Source: an uncultured bacterium (GTDB lineage Bacteria; Verrucomicrobiota; Kiritimatiellia; RFP12; UBA1067). Taken from it: DNA of 39,273 bases. The first letter of the stretch is position 1, and the number at the start of each line of letters is the position of its first letter. Where the stretch lies: positions 1 through 39,273 of the forward strand of contig CADCPA010000304.1 of assembly GCA_902803135.1 (NCBI GenBank), in the 5' to 3' direction. Below the pieces are notes generated by a model, which worked only from the letters and a program-made list of their open reading frames with translations, searched no databases and was not told where the DNA came from. Below are positions 7,946 through 16,153 of this stretch, piece by piece. Made by a program: the position numbers and the translations under genes.

Positions 7946-9598
7946 CTAGTCCTTCGGACCACCCCAGCGGTCGGCGTCCTTGATGCCGGGCTCCGTCTCC
8001 GAGAAGGCATAGTCCTTGCCCGGAAGGACCGCATTCAGGACGATGCCCATCAGGGCGCCCACCGCAAGACCGGAGAGCGAGATCGTCGCCGAACCGAGGT
8101 GGAAGGCGATCGCCTTTGCGTTCGAGAAGCTGATGCCGAGCGTGCAGACGATCGACACGGCGCAGATGAGCATGTTGCGCGGTTTCGAGAAGTCCACCTG
8201 GTGCTCGACGAGGTTGCGCACGCCCACGGCGGAGATCATGCCGTAGAGGATGAAGGATACGCCGCCCACGGTCGCCGCCGGGAGGGTCGTGATCACCGCC
8301 GCGAACTTCGGACAGAACGCGAGCAGGATCGCCAGCACCGCCGCGATGCGGATCACGCGCGGATCGTAGACCTTCGAGAGGGACAGCACGCCCGTGTTCT
8401 CGCCGTAGGTCGTATTGGCCGGGGCGCCGAAGACCGCAGCCAGGAACGTCGCGGCGCCGTCGCCGAGCATCGTACGGTGCAGACCCGGATCCGCGAAGAA
8501 ATTACGGTTGACCGTCGAGGAGATGGCGGACACGTCGCCGACGTGCTCCATCAACGTCGCGGCGCAGAGCGGCGTCACGGTCAGGATCGACGAGAGGATA
8601 CGGTCCGCATTGTCGCCTGCGTGGGCGAGGACGGGGAACACCGTCTCGTTCCAATGGAACGGCAGGCCGATCCACGGCGCAGCGCCGATCTTCGAGAAGT
8701 CGACGGCGGCGGACGGTACGCCGCACCAGTTGCCAAGCACGACGGCGGTCAGATACGAGGCGACGACGCCGATGAGGATCGGGATGATCTTCACCATGCC
8801 CTTGCCGAACACGGAGGCGAGTATCACCGCCAGGATGCCGACGAGCGCCACCGGCCAGCACGACGAGGCGCTGTTCACCGCGACCGGCGACAGCACGAGA
8901 CCGATGCCGATGATGATCGGGCCCGTCACGACCGGCGGGAAGAACTTCATCACCGTCTTCACGCCGAAGGCCTTCACGAAGCCCGAGACGACCACATAGA
9001 CCAGCGCGGCCACGCACACGCCCACCGAGGCGTACGCGAGGAGATCGGTCTTCGCCAGCCCTTCCCAGCCCGGCTTGCCCTCCAGGCCCGTGAGCGCGAA
9101 GTAGCCGGCGAGGAACGCGAAGCTCGAACCGAGGAACGCCGGCACGATGCGCTTCGTGAGGAAATGGAAGAGCAGCGTGCCGAGACCGGCGAAGAGCAGC
9201 GTCGCGGAGACGCTCAGGCCCGTCAGCAGCGGCACAAGCACCGTCGCGCCGAACATGGCGAAGAGATGCTGCACGCCGAGCAGGCCCATCTTCGGCAGGC
9301 CGAGCGTGCGGGCGTCGTAGATGGCGCCGGCGTCGGCATACTTCGCCTTGAGCGTCTGGATCGCCGCGGCGATGGCGACGGATTCCTCAGCCGTCACGAC
9401 GCCATCTTCGGCGACGTCGGCAAGGAGATGGGCGAACGCGGCGAGGTCGGGATCCTGGCCCTTGGCCGCGAGCGGCCTGACGAGGCCCAGCAGGGCCTTC
9501 GTCTCGGCAAGGTCGGCCTTGCCGTCGGCGTAGGTGAACTTTTCGGCGGCGCGCAGCAACTGGCCCGCGGCCTGCAGCTCCTGGGAGGAGAGGGACAT
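7946..9598 (-). CDS. uraA: Uracil/xanthine permease (NCS2, UraA/PyrP family) with extra N-terminal TerB-like domain
   Basis: GVQHLFAMFGATVLVP, PAFLGSSFAF, FPPVVTGPII, and the NAT signature NTTYGENTGVL. About 88 extra N-terminal residues contain ADGKADLAE and EDGVVTAEE. Confidence 0.92.
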   Translation of the reverse strand: MSLSSQELQAAGQLLRAAEKFTYADGKADLAETKALLGLVRPLAAKGQDPDLAAFAHLLADVAEDGVVTAEESVAIAAAIQTLKAKYADAGAIYDARTLGLPKMGLLGVQHLFAMFGATVLVPLLTGLSVSATLLFAGLGTLLFHFLTKRIVPAFLGSSFAFLAGYFALTGLEGKPGWEGLAKTDLLAYASVGVCVAALVYVVVSGFVKAFGVKTVMKFFPPVVTGPIIIGIGLVLSPVAVNSASSCWPVALVGILAVILASVFGKGMVKIIPILIGVVASYLTAVVLGNWCGVPSAAVDFSKIGAAPWIGLPFHWNETVFPVLAHAGDNADRILSSILTVTPLCAATLMEHVGDVSAISSTVNRNFFADPGLHRTMLGDGAATFLAAVFGAPANTTYGENTGVLSLSKVYDPRVIRIAAVLAILLAFCPKFAAVITTLPAATVGGVSFILYGMISAVGVRNLVEHQVDFSKPRNMLICAVSIVCTLGISFSNAKAIAFHLGSATISLSGLAVGALMGIVLNAVLPGKDYAFSETEPGIKDADRWGGPKD

Positions 9599-9612
9599 GA
9601 CGTGACTCCTGG

Positions 9613-10464
9613 TTATTTGTCGGGATATTGGATGAGGGAAGAGACGGAATAGGGGGCCAAGACGCCCGTACGGGCCTGGAACCCCGCGAGCTCGATCGGG
9701 AAGAGCATCTTCACGACGCGGCCGCCGAGACGCTCGACGAGACGCGCACAGGCGAGCACCGTGCCGCCCGTCGCGAGCAGGTCGTCGACGATGACCGCCC
9801 TTTCGCCGACGTAGAGCGCGTCCTTGTGCATGTGGAGCGTCGCCGTGCCGTATTCAAGCGCATAGTCCTCGTGGATCGTAGCGCGCGGCAGCTTGCCGGG
9901 CTTGCGCACGGGCACGAAGGCCTTGCCGAAGTGGGCCGCGAGCGCCGCCCCGAAGATGAAGCCGCGCGACTCGGGGGCGACGACCACGTCGAAGTCCACC
10001 TGTTCGAGCTCGCGGACGGACATCTCGAGGCACAGGTTGAATCCTTCGGCGTTGTCGAAGATGCCGGTCACGTCGCGGAAGAGGATGCCGGGCTTCGGGA
10101 AGTCGGGGATCTCGCGCACGTACTCGGCGAGAGACAGCTTGCCGCGGCGGATTTCCGCCAGCAGCGCGAAGATTTCAGCCGATTCCGCGTCCGAAATCTC
10201 GCCATCGGCCCGGGCGGCGACGAGACGCTGCTCGAGGCGGCGGGCCTCCGGGTTGCCCCGGAGGGAATAGGGCTTCACCAGACGCAGCAGCGCGGCCGTC
10301 TTCGGGAGGTCGATCTTGCCGTCGGCGAACAGAGCCTGCTGGCAGAGGTCCGCAAGGCCGAGCATCGCAGCGGTTTCATCCAGATCGACCGTGCCGTCCG
10401 CCAGCACGAAATCCTTCAGGCCCTGCAGAATCTGCAGGAAAGCCTTCTTCTCGCGTGCGTTCAT
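9613..10464 (-). CDS. apt: Adenine phosphoribosyltransferase with extra N-terminal TerB-like domain
   Basis: IPDFPKPGILFRDVT, PESRGFIFG, VRKPGKLP, YALEYG and the PRPP loop VIVDDLLATGGT. About 107 extra N-terminal residues carry three ADG motifs. Confidence 0.95.
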   Translation of the reverse strand: MNAREKKAFLQILQGLKDFVLADGTVDLDETAAMLGLADLCQQALFADGKIDLPKTAALLRLVKPYSLRGNPEARRLEQRLVAARADGEISDAESAEIFALLAEIRRGKLSLAEYVREIPDFPKPGILFRDVTGIFDNAEGFNLCLEMSVRELEQVDFDVVVAPESRGFIFGAALAAHFGKAFVPVRKPGKLPRATIHEDYALEYGTATLHMHKDALYVGERAVIVDDLLATGGTVLACARLVERLGGRVVKMLFPIELAGFQARTGVLAPYSVSSLIQYPDK

Positions 10465-10506
10465 GACGCTGCCCTTTCCTTCGGGGGTCCGTCGGCTTTC
10501 CCCGGC

Positions 10507-12216
10507 TTACATCAGCGCATACTTCGCCACAAAGAGCGCCGTGAGGACGTACATGATCCAGTGGATGCGTTTGAAGTGGCCGGAAAGCGCGTTGATCGCC
10601 GTATAGGAAATCACGCCGAACATGATGCCGTCGGAGATCGAATAGGCGAACGGCATCGCGACGATCGCGAGGAACGCCGGCACGGCTTCGCCCGCATCGG
10701 AGAAGTCGATGTCCGTGCAGGAGGAGAGCATCATGTAGCCCACGATGATGAGCGCGGGCGCGGTCGCGAACGCGGGGATGGCGAGGAACACGGGCGCGAA
10801 GAGGATTGCAAGGGCGAAGAACGCCGCGGCGACGACGCCCGTGAGGCCGGTCTTGCCGCCGGCCACGACGCCGGAGGCGGATTCGACATAGGTCGTCGTC
10901 GTGGAGGTGCCGAGCATCGCGCCGACGGAGGTCGCGATCGAGTCGGCGCAGAGCGCGCCGGAGATGCGCGGCAGCTTGCCTTCCTTGTCGAGGAAACCGC
11001 CCTTCATCGAGACGCCGATGAGCGTGCCGAGCGTGTCGAAGAGGTCCACGAAGAAGAACGCGAACATGACGACGAAGAAGTCGAGCGACTTCACGAGCGA
11101 CCAGCCCGAACCGGCCACGGCCGCCGCGCCGTCCGCGCCCTTCACGGTGTGCGTCCAGCTCGCGGGGTTGAAGAGCGCGCCGACCGTCTGGCCGAATTCC
11201 CTGAAGTTCTGGGCGATGCCCTCGAACGAGAAGTTCGGGTAGAGCGAGAACGCCTTCGCCGCCGGATCCGGAATGTAGATGCCCGTGCACTGGCAGAGCA
11301 TGCCCGCACACCAGGTCGCGAGGATGCCGACGAGGATGGCGCCCTTCACGCGCTTGACGAGCATGAAGCCCGTCAGCAGCGTCCCGGCGAGCGCAAGAAG
11401 CGCGCTGATGCCGGCCGTGTGGAAGTTCACGTTCTTGAAGGACACAAGGGCCACGAGCGTCGCCTCGTTGTTGACGATGACGCCGGCCGTCTGCAACGCG
11501 ATGAAGCAGATGAACAGGCCGATGCCGGCCGCGACCGCCTTCTTCAGCGAGAACGGAATGGCGTTGAAGATGCCTTCGCGCACGGGCGTCAGCGAGAGCG
11601 CGAGGAACAGGAGACCTTCGACGAACACCGCCAAAAGCGCGAACTGCCAGCTATACCCCATGCCCAGCACGACGCCGTACGTGAGGAACGCGTTGAGGCC
11701 CATGCCCGGCGCGAGCACGAACGGATAGTTCGACATGAAGGCCATGAGCAGCGTGCCGACGACGGCGGCGATCGTCGTCGCGAGGAACACGCCGCCGCGC
11801 GGGATGCCCGCGGTCGACAGGATGTTCGGGTTCACGGCGAGGATGTAGGCCATCGTCATGAACGTCGTGATGCCGGCGACGACTTCCGTCTTGGCCGTGG
11901 TACGGTTGCGCTTGAGCTTGAAGATGCGTCCGAGGAAGCCGGTGTCGGACTCCTCCGTCTTGACCTCGCGCATCAACCACTTCAGGTGGGCGCCCAGGCG
12001 CACCGACTCCTCGTGCGTGATGACCTCGTCCGCAAGCGCGCCTTCCAGCACGAGGGCGAACTCCGCCATCTCCACGTTGTCCTTCGCCCGCGCTTTCGCG
12101 AAGGAAAGCAGAATCTGCGCTTCCGCGCGATCGACCTTCCCGTCCGCAAGGATGTACTTCTCCAACTTCGCGATCGACGCCTTGATGTCTTCCATCTTGA
12201 TGTCTTCCGTAGCCAT
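10507..12216 (-). CDS. Purine (guanine/hypoxanthine/adenine) permease, NCS2 AzgA/PbuG family, with extra N-terminal TerB-like domain
   Basis: TEVVAGITTFMTMAYILAVNP, APGMGLNAF, DLFDTLGTL, TTYVESASGV, GGKTGLT and ATAPAL motifs. About 85 extra N-terminal residues contain LADGKVDRAE and LADEVITHEE. Confidence 0.93.
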   Translation of the reverse strand: MATEDIKMEDIKASIAKLEKYILADGKVDRAEAQILLSFAKARAKDNVEMAEFALVLEGALADEVITHEESVRLGAHLKWLMREVKTEESDTGFLGRIFKLKRNRTTAKTEVVAGITTFMTMAYILAVNPNILSTAGIPRGGVFLATTIAAVVGTLLMAFMSNYPFVLAPGMGLNAFLTYGVVLGMGYSWQFALLAVFVEGLLFLALSLTPVREGIFNAIPFSLKKAVAAGIGLFICFIALQTAGVIVNNEATLVALVSFKNVNFHTAGISALLALAGTLLTGFMLVKRVKGAILVGILATWCAGMLCQCTGIYIPDPAAKAFSLYPNFSFEGIAQNFREFGQTVGALFNPASWTHTVKGADGAAAVAGSGWSLVKSLDFFVVMFAFFFVDLFDTLGTLIGVSMKGGFLDKEGKLPRISGALCADSIATSVGAMLGTSTTTTYVESASGVVAGGKTGLTGVVAAAFFALAILFAPVFLAIPAFATAPALIIVGYMMLSSCTDIDFSDAGEAVPAFLAIVAMPFAYSISDGIMFGVISYTAINALSGHFKRIHWIMYVLTALFVAKYALM

Positions 12217-12308
12217 GGCATCCGTTCCTTTCTTAAGTATAGATAAGTAGAGGGGTTAAAACCGCTTTTTCAACACGCGTTCCGAAAATCTTTCAGCTCC
12301 CGACTCGC

Positions 12309-12602
12309 CTAGGCGATTGTCAGAATGCTGCTGAAGCCCGTGATGTCCAGCACTTCCTTCACCGTCGGCTGGAGGCCGACGACGGTCATCGAGCCGCCGC
12401 CCGCCATCATCTTTTTCTGGGCGGACAGCAGACAGCGAAGGCCCGCCGAACTCATGTACGGCACGCCCGAAAGGTCCAGCGTGAGCGTCTCGTTGCCGAC
12501 CAGCTGCAGACCCGCGTCGAGTTCCGGCGCCGTCGTCGTGTCGACACGCCCCGTCACCGCAATCACCAGCTTGCCGTCTTCCGTCTTTTTCGCAATCTCC
12601 AT
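12309..12602 (-). CDS. STAS-domain anti-sigma-factor antagonist (RsbV/SpoIIAA-like)
   Basis: GRVDTTTAPEL, DLSGVPYMSSAGLR (phosphoacceptor Ser motif) and VLDITGF. Confidence 0.95.
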   Translation of the reverse strand: MEIAKKTEDGKLVIAVTGRVDTTTAPELDAGLQLVGNETLTLDLSGVPYMSSAGLRCLLSAQKKMMAGGGSMTVVGLQPTVKEVLDITGFSSILTIA

Positions 12603-12617
12603 TCCGAACTCCTTGTT

Positions 12618-12663
12618 AACTCACAACTCTCAACTCACAACTCACAACTCACAACTCTCAACT
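12618..12663. repeat. Heptamer tandem repeat (AACTCWC) x6.5
   Basis: aactcac aactctc aactcac aactcac aactcac aactctc aact, lying between the phosphatase stop codon (which it overlaps) and the STAS RBS. Confidence 0.95.
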
Positions 12664-14712
12664 GCCATAGGTCAGCCCCATCGTCAGCACGTTGCGTCCG
12701 TCCTTGCGGCTGTACATGACCGGCGACATCGTCTTCTTCACGATGAAGATGCCCATGCCGCCGAGGGTGCGGTTCTCGGCGGACAACGTCGTATCCGGAT
12801 CGCGCGCGGCGAGCGGATCGAAGGGCTTGCCGTCGTCCGTCAGCACGAGGCGCACGCTGTCGGGACACGCCGTGAACACGACGCGGAGCGTCCAGCTCGT
12901 CGCCCCCGAATACCGCACGATGTTCGCGAAAATCTCGTCCGCCGCGACCATCAGCTTCATCTGCTGCGCCATCGGCACGGGCTCGAGCGCGGCCTCGAGG
13001 TCGGCCGTCGCCTGGGCGAGGTCTTCCATCGTCGGCCGATACGAATACTCGACGACACGGGAGGAGCCCCGATAGCGGAGGACGAGCTGCGTGCAGTCGT
13101 CCGCCTGTTCAATCTCGCCGGCATGCCGTTTGACCGCCGCCAGCACCTGTTCGAGCACTTCCTTCTGATGGTAGCGCGACGACTTGAGCACGTCGACAAG
13201 ACGCGTCTCGCCGAACAGCTCGCCCGACGGGTCGGGCTGTTCGGTGATGCCGTCCGTATAGAGGTAGATGGCGTCTCCTGCGCCCAGCCGGATGTCCCGG
13301 CTCCGGTAGGGAACGCCCGCCATGGCGCCCAGCACGAGGCCGGGGCTGTCGCGCAGATAGGCGACCTCGTCGCCCCTCCGCACCACCGGCGGGTTGTGGC
13401 CCGCGTTGACATAGGTCACAACGCCGGTATCGAGATTGAGTTCGCCGATCCAGGCCGTGACGAACATGTTCGTCTCGTTGCCCTCGCAGAGCGCGTCGTT
13501 CGTCTCGGTCACGACCTGATGAAGCGGCTTTCCCGTCTGGGCCGTGCCCTTCAGGAGCGTCTTCGCCCGCATCATGAACATCGCGGCGGGAATGCCCTTG
13601 CCGCTGACGTCCGCAATCAGGAAGGCCAGCTTTCGCGGCCCGGTGAAGTAGAAGTCGTAGAAGTCGCCGCCGACGACCTTTGCGGTCTTCATGTCGGCGT
13701 AGATGTCGAACGCCGTCTCGTTCGGGAATGGCGGGAAGACGCCCGGCATCGCGGAGAACTGGATGTCCTGCGCCATCTGCAGCTCCTTCTCCGCGCGTTC
13801 CTGCGCCATCCGCCGTTCGCGCTCGGCCTGCTCGCGCTCCTGCCTCCGCACGAAGCCGGAGATCACGATCGCCACGAAGATCGCCACGAAAGTCAACGCC
13901 ACGGCGTTCAGAATCGCCGTCGAACCCACAAGCACGTTGCGCGTGACGGCGGCGGCGGAACGCGGAATCATCACGTAGACGGGGAAGCCGTCGATGTCGC
14001 GCTTCTGCCAGTAGAAGGAAGGGTCGGGGTCCTTCCAATGCGTACCCTCGCGACCGTTCTCCGCGAGATCGGAGATGACGAGTCCCTCGCGCGTCGTGAT
14101 GACGACGCCGCCCACGCCGGACACATGCCAGTGTGCCGTGATGCCCGTGAGCGACGTGCGCGAGAGGTTGCGCAACGACTCGCCGTCGCAGCCGATTTCC
14201 ACGAAACCGCCCTTCGGACGCCACACGCCCACGTACTTGCGCCAGGATCCGTTGGCGGAGTTCTGCCGGTACGGCTGGCAGTATTCCGTATCGAGGCCGT
14301 CGATGAGCCGCATCATGTCGGCGGCCTGCCCGCCCGCCGCCGCAAAATTGAACGCCGGCTGGCCGTCGTGCGCCAGATACTCCGGCACGGAGGACTTGAC
14401 GATGTCGCCCTTCCCGTCGACCAGGCTGATTTCCGTCACCTGCAGCTCATGGGCGAGCGAAATGAGCGACTCCGTATCCGTCGGATAGCCCTCGTCGAAC
14501 CGCTCGCGCGCCGCCATCGCCTGGCGGACCAGACGGGCGTTGACGCGGGAGACGATGGATTCGGAGACGTCCTGAAAGGCGTTTTCGATCAGCTTGTCGG
14601 CCTCGCGCCGCGCCAGATAGTCCTGCAACAGCCAGGTGACGAACATCGAGGCCGCGAAGGCCAGCAGCACGCTGCCGACCAGCTTGAGACGCAGATTGCC
14701 GACGTCGGTCAT
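12658..14712 (-). CDS. Membrane sensor with SpoIIE/RsbU PP2C phosphatase and C-terminal RsbW-like HATPase kinase
   Basis: Two TM segments flank a periplasmic domain. PP2C motifs: VGGDFYDF, IADVSGKGIPAA, MFVT, NAGHNPP, LYTDGITE, ADDCT. HATPase motifs: DEIFANIVRY, DDGKPFDP, GGMGIFIV. Confidence 0.93.
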   Translation of the reverse strand: MTDVGNLRLKLVGSVLLAFAASMFVTWLLQDYLARREADKLIENAFQDVSESIVSRVNARLVRQAMAARERFDEGYPTDTESLISLAHELQVTEISLVDGKGDIVKSSVPEYLAHDGQPAFNFAAAGGQAADMMRLIDGLDTEYCQPYRQNSANGSWRKYVGVWRPKGGFVEIGCDGESLRNLSRTSLTGITAHWHVSGVGGVVITTREGLVISDLAENGREGTHWKDPDPSFYWQKRDIDGFPVYVMIPRSAAAVTRNVLVGSTAILNAVALTFVAIFVAIVISGFVRRQEREQAERERRMAQERAEKELQMAQDIQFSAMPGVFPPFPNETAFDIYADMKTAKVVGGDFYDFYFTGPRKLAFLIADVSGKGIPAAMFMMRAKTLLKGTAQTGKPLHQVVTETNDALCEGNETNMFVTAWIGELNLDTGVVTYVNAGHNPPVVRRGDEVAYLRDSPGLVLGAMAGVPYRSRDIRLGAGDAIYLYTDGITEQPDPSGELFGETRLVDVLKSSRYHQKEVLEQVLAAVKRHAGEIEQADDCTQLVLRYRGSSRVVEYSYRPTMEDLAQATADLEAALEPVPMAQQMKLMVAADEIFANIVRYSGATSWTLRVVFTACPDSVRLVLTDDGKPFDPLAARDPDTTLSAENRTLGGMGIFIVKKTMSPVMYSRKDGRNVLTMGLTYGS

Positions 14713-15431
14713 TTCGCCCTCCCCTCGGCAATCACCTTGTTGGCGGCGGCCAGTACGTCGGGACGATGCTTGGAAACCGCCACGCCGTAGTGCTCGCGGG
14801 TTTCAAGCGGCGTCGTGACGAAACGTCCGCCCGACGTCTGCGCACGATGGCGCAGCGGAATCGCGTCGAAGAACACGGCGTCGACCTTGTTGGACGACAG
14901 CGCGTCGACGGCGTCGTTCATGCTGGCGAAGCGGATGGGGTCGCACCCGTGGCGGCAGAGGTAGATGTCCTCGAGCGTGCCGGTCTCGACGCCGATGCGC
15001 TGCGAGGCGAGCTGGGACATGCGCGGCTTCACGCCGTCCGTCCGGTACAGGAAGCACACGCCGCCCGTTTCGTAGGGGTCGGAGAAGAAGACGTCCCTCT
15101 TGCGGGCCTCGGTAATCGTGATGGTCGCAATGCCGAAATCGGCCGTTCCCGCCTTCAGGCGCGGGATGATCGTGTCGAATTCGACGCCCTCGATCTTGAG
15201 CTCGGCGCCCATCGCCGCGGCGATCTTGCGCGCGAGTTCGACGTTCGTGCCGGCGAACGCGCCCGTGCCGTCGAGGTAGGAGCACGGCGGCTCCGTCGGA
15301 TGGGTGAGGAAGACGAGCGGACGCGTCGCGTCCACCTTCGTCGAAACCTCCGGCGCCGCCGGCTCGGACGTCGAATCCGAACAGCCGCCGAGCGCCGCCG
15401 CCAGCACGAAGACCGAAAGGAGCCGTTTCAT
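14709..15431 (-). CDS. Family 3 (polar amino-acid type) solute-binding lipoprotein
   Basis: True start MKRLLSVFVLAAALGG|C (lipobox), at the 3' part of track ORF 14709..16082. Motifs FDTIIPRLKAGTADF and ITITEARKRDVFFSDPY. ATGA overlap with the downstream sensor gene. Confidence 0.88.
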   Translation of the reverse strand: MKRLLSVFVLAAALGGCSDSTSEPAAPEVSTKVDATRPLVFLTHPTEPPCSYLDGTGAFAGTNVELARKIAAAMGAELKIEGVEFDTIIPRLKAGTADFGIATITITEARKRDVFFSDPYETGGVCFLYRTDGVKPRMSQLASQRIGVETGTLEDIYLCRHGCDPIRFASMNDAVDALSSNKVDAVFFDAIPLRHRAQTSGGRFVTTPLETREHYGVAVSKHRPDVLAAANKVIAEGRAK

Positions 15432-15433
15432 CG

Positions 15434-16054
15434 TCAGAGCGTTCCGAAAATGCGGTCGCCCGCGTCGCCCAGCCCGGGCACGATGTAGTAGTGGCTGTTG
15501 AGACGCTCGTCCTTCGCCGCCGTGTACACCGGCACGTCGGGATGGTTCTTCTCGAAGTTGGCAATGCCTTCCGGCGCCGACACGAGATTGAGGAAGATGA
15601 TCTTCTCGTAGCCGAGCTTCTTGAGCTGCGTCACGGCGTCGACCGCGCTGCCGCCCGTGGCGAACATCGGATCGATCACGATGGCGAATTCGCCGCCCTT
15701 CGCCGGCGGCACCTTCGCGTAATAGGGAATCGGCTCGGCCGTCTCTTCGTTGCGCTGCATGCCCAGAACGCCCACCTTGGCATAGGGCAGCACATGGAGC
15801 ATCGCGTCGAGCATGCCCATGCCGGCACGGAGAATCGGCACGAGCACGATCTTCTCGTCGATCTTCCGGCCGATGGTCTTCGCCACGGGCGTCTGAATCT
15901 CGACCGGCTTCGTCCTGAGATCCTTCAACGCCTCGAACGCGAGGAACTGGGTGATTTCGCTCACGAGCTCGCGAAACAGCTTCGGCGGCGTGGACTGGTC
16001 GCGCATGAGCGTCATGCGGTGGTCGACAAGCGGATGGTTGAGTACGGTCGTCAT
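15434..16054 (-). CDS. upp: Uracil phosphoribosyltransferase
   Basis: HPLVDHRMTLMRD, VPILRAGMGM, DPMFATGGS and YIVPGLGDAGDRIFGT; GGAGG RBS before MTTVL. Confidence 0.97.
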   Translation of the reverse strand: MTTVLNHPLVDHRMTLMRDQSTPPKLFRELVSEITQFLAFEALKDLRTKPVEIQTPVAKTIGRKIDEKIVLVPILRAGMGMLDAMLHVLPYAKVGVLGMQRNEETAEPIPYYAKVPPAKGGEFAIVIDPMFATGGSAVDAVTQLKKLGYEKIIFLNLVSAPEGIANFEKNHPDVPVYTAAKDERLNSHYYIVPGLGDAGDRIFGTL

Positions 16055-16077
16055 TTTCCGAATCCCTCCAAATAGCA

Positions 16078-16117
16078 GACAAGAGGCGGAACGGGCATCG
16101 CCCTTCCGCCTCTCGTC
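16078..16117 (-). terminator. Strong intergenic stem-loop between the porin gene and upp (terminator/attenuator or mRNA stabiliser)
   Basis: Minus strand GACGAGAGGCGGAAGGGC-GAT-GCCCGTTCCGCCTCTTGTC, followed by TGCTATTT and then the upp RBS. Confidence 0.55.
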
Positions 16118-16153
16118 CGATTTGATCTTCAACGCTTCACGCGCAGCTTCCGT

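Noticed and set aside
7605-12216. Tellurite-resistance (ter) operon or canonical EF-hand proteins
   Set aside because: No terA/C/D/Z genes are present, and the motifs lack the DxDxDG EF-hand loop; only the TerB-like ADG...E pattern is supported.
12618-12663. Possible CRISPR array
   Set aside because: 7-bp units with no spacers and no cas genes.
15432-16082. N-terminal half of track ORF 14709..16082, suggesting a large fusion protein
   Set aside because: It overlaps upp in another frame; the real lipoprotein starts at 15431 with a signal peptide.
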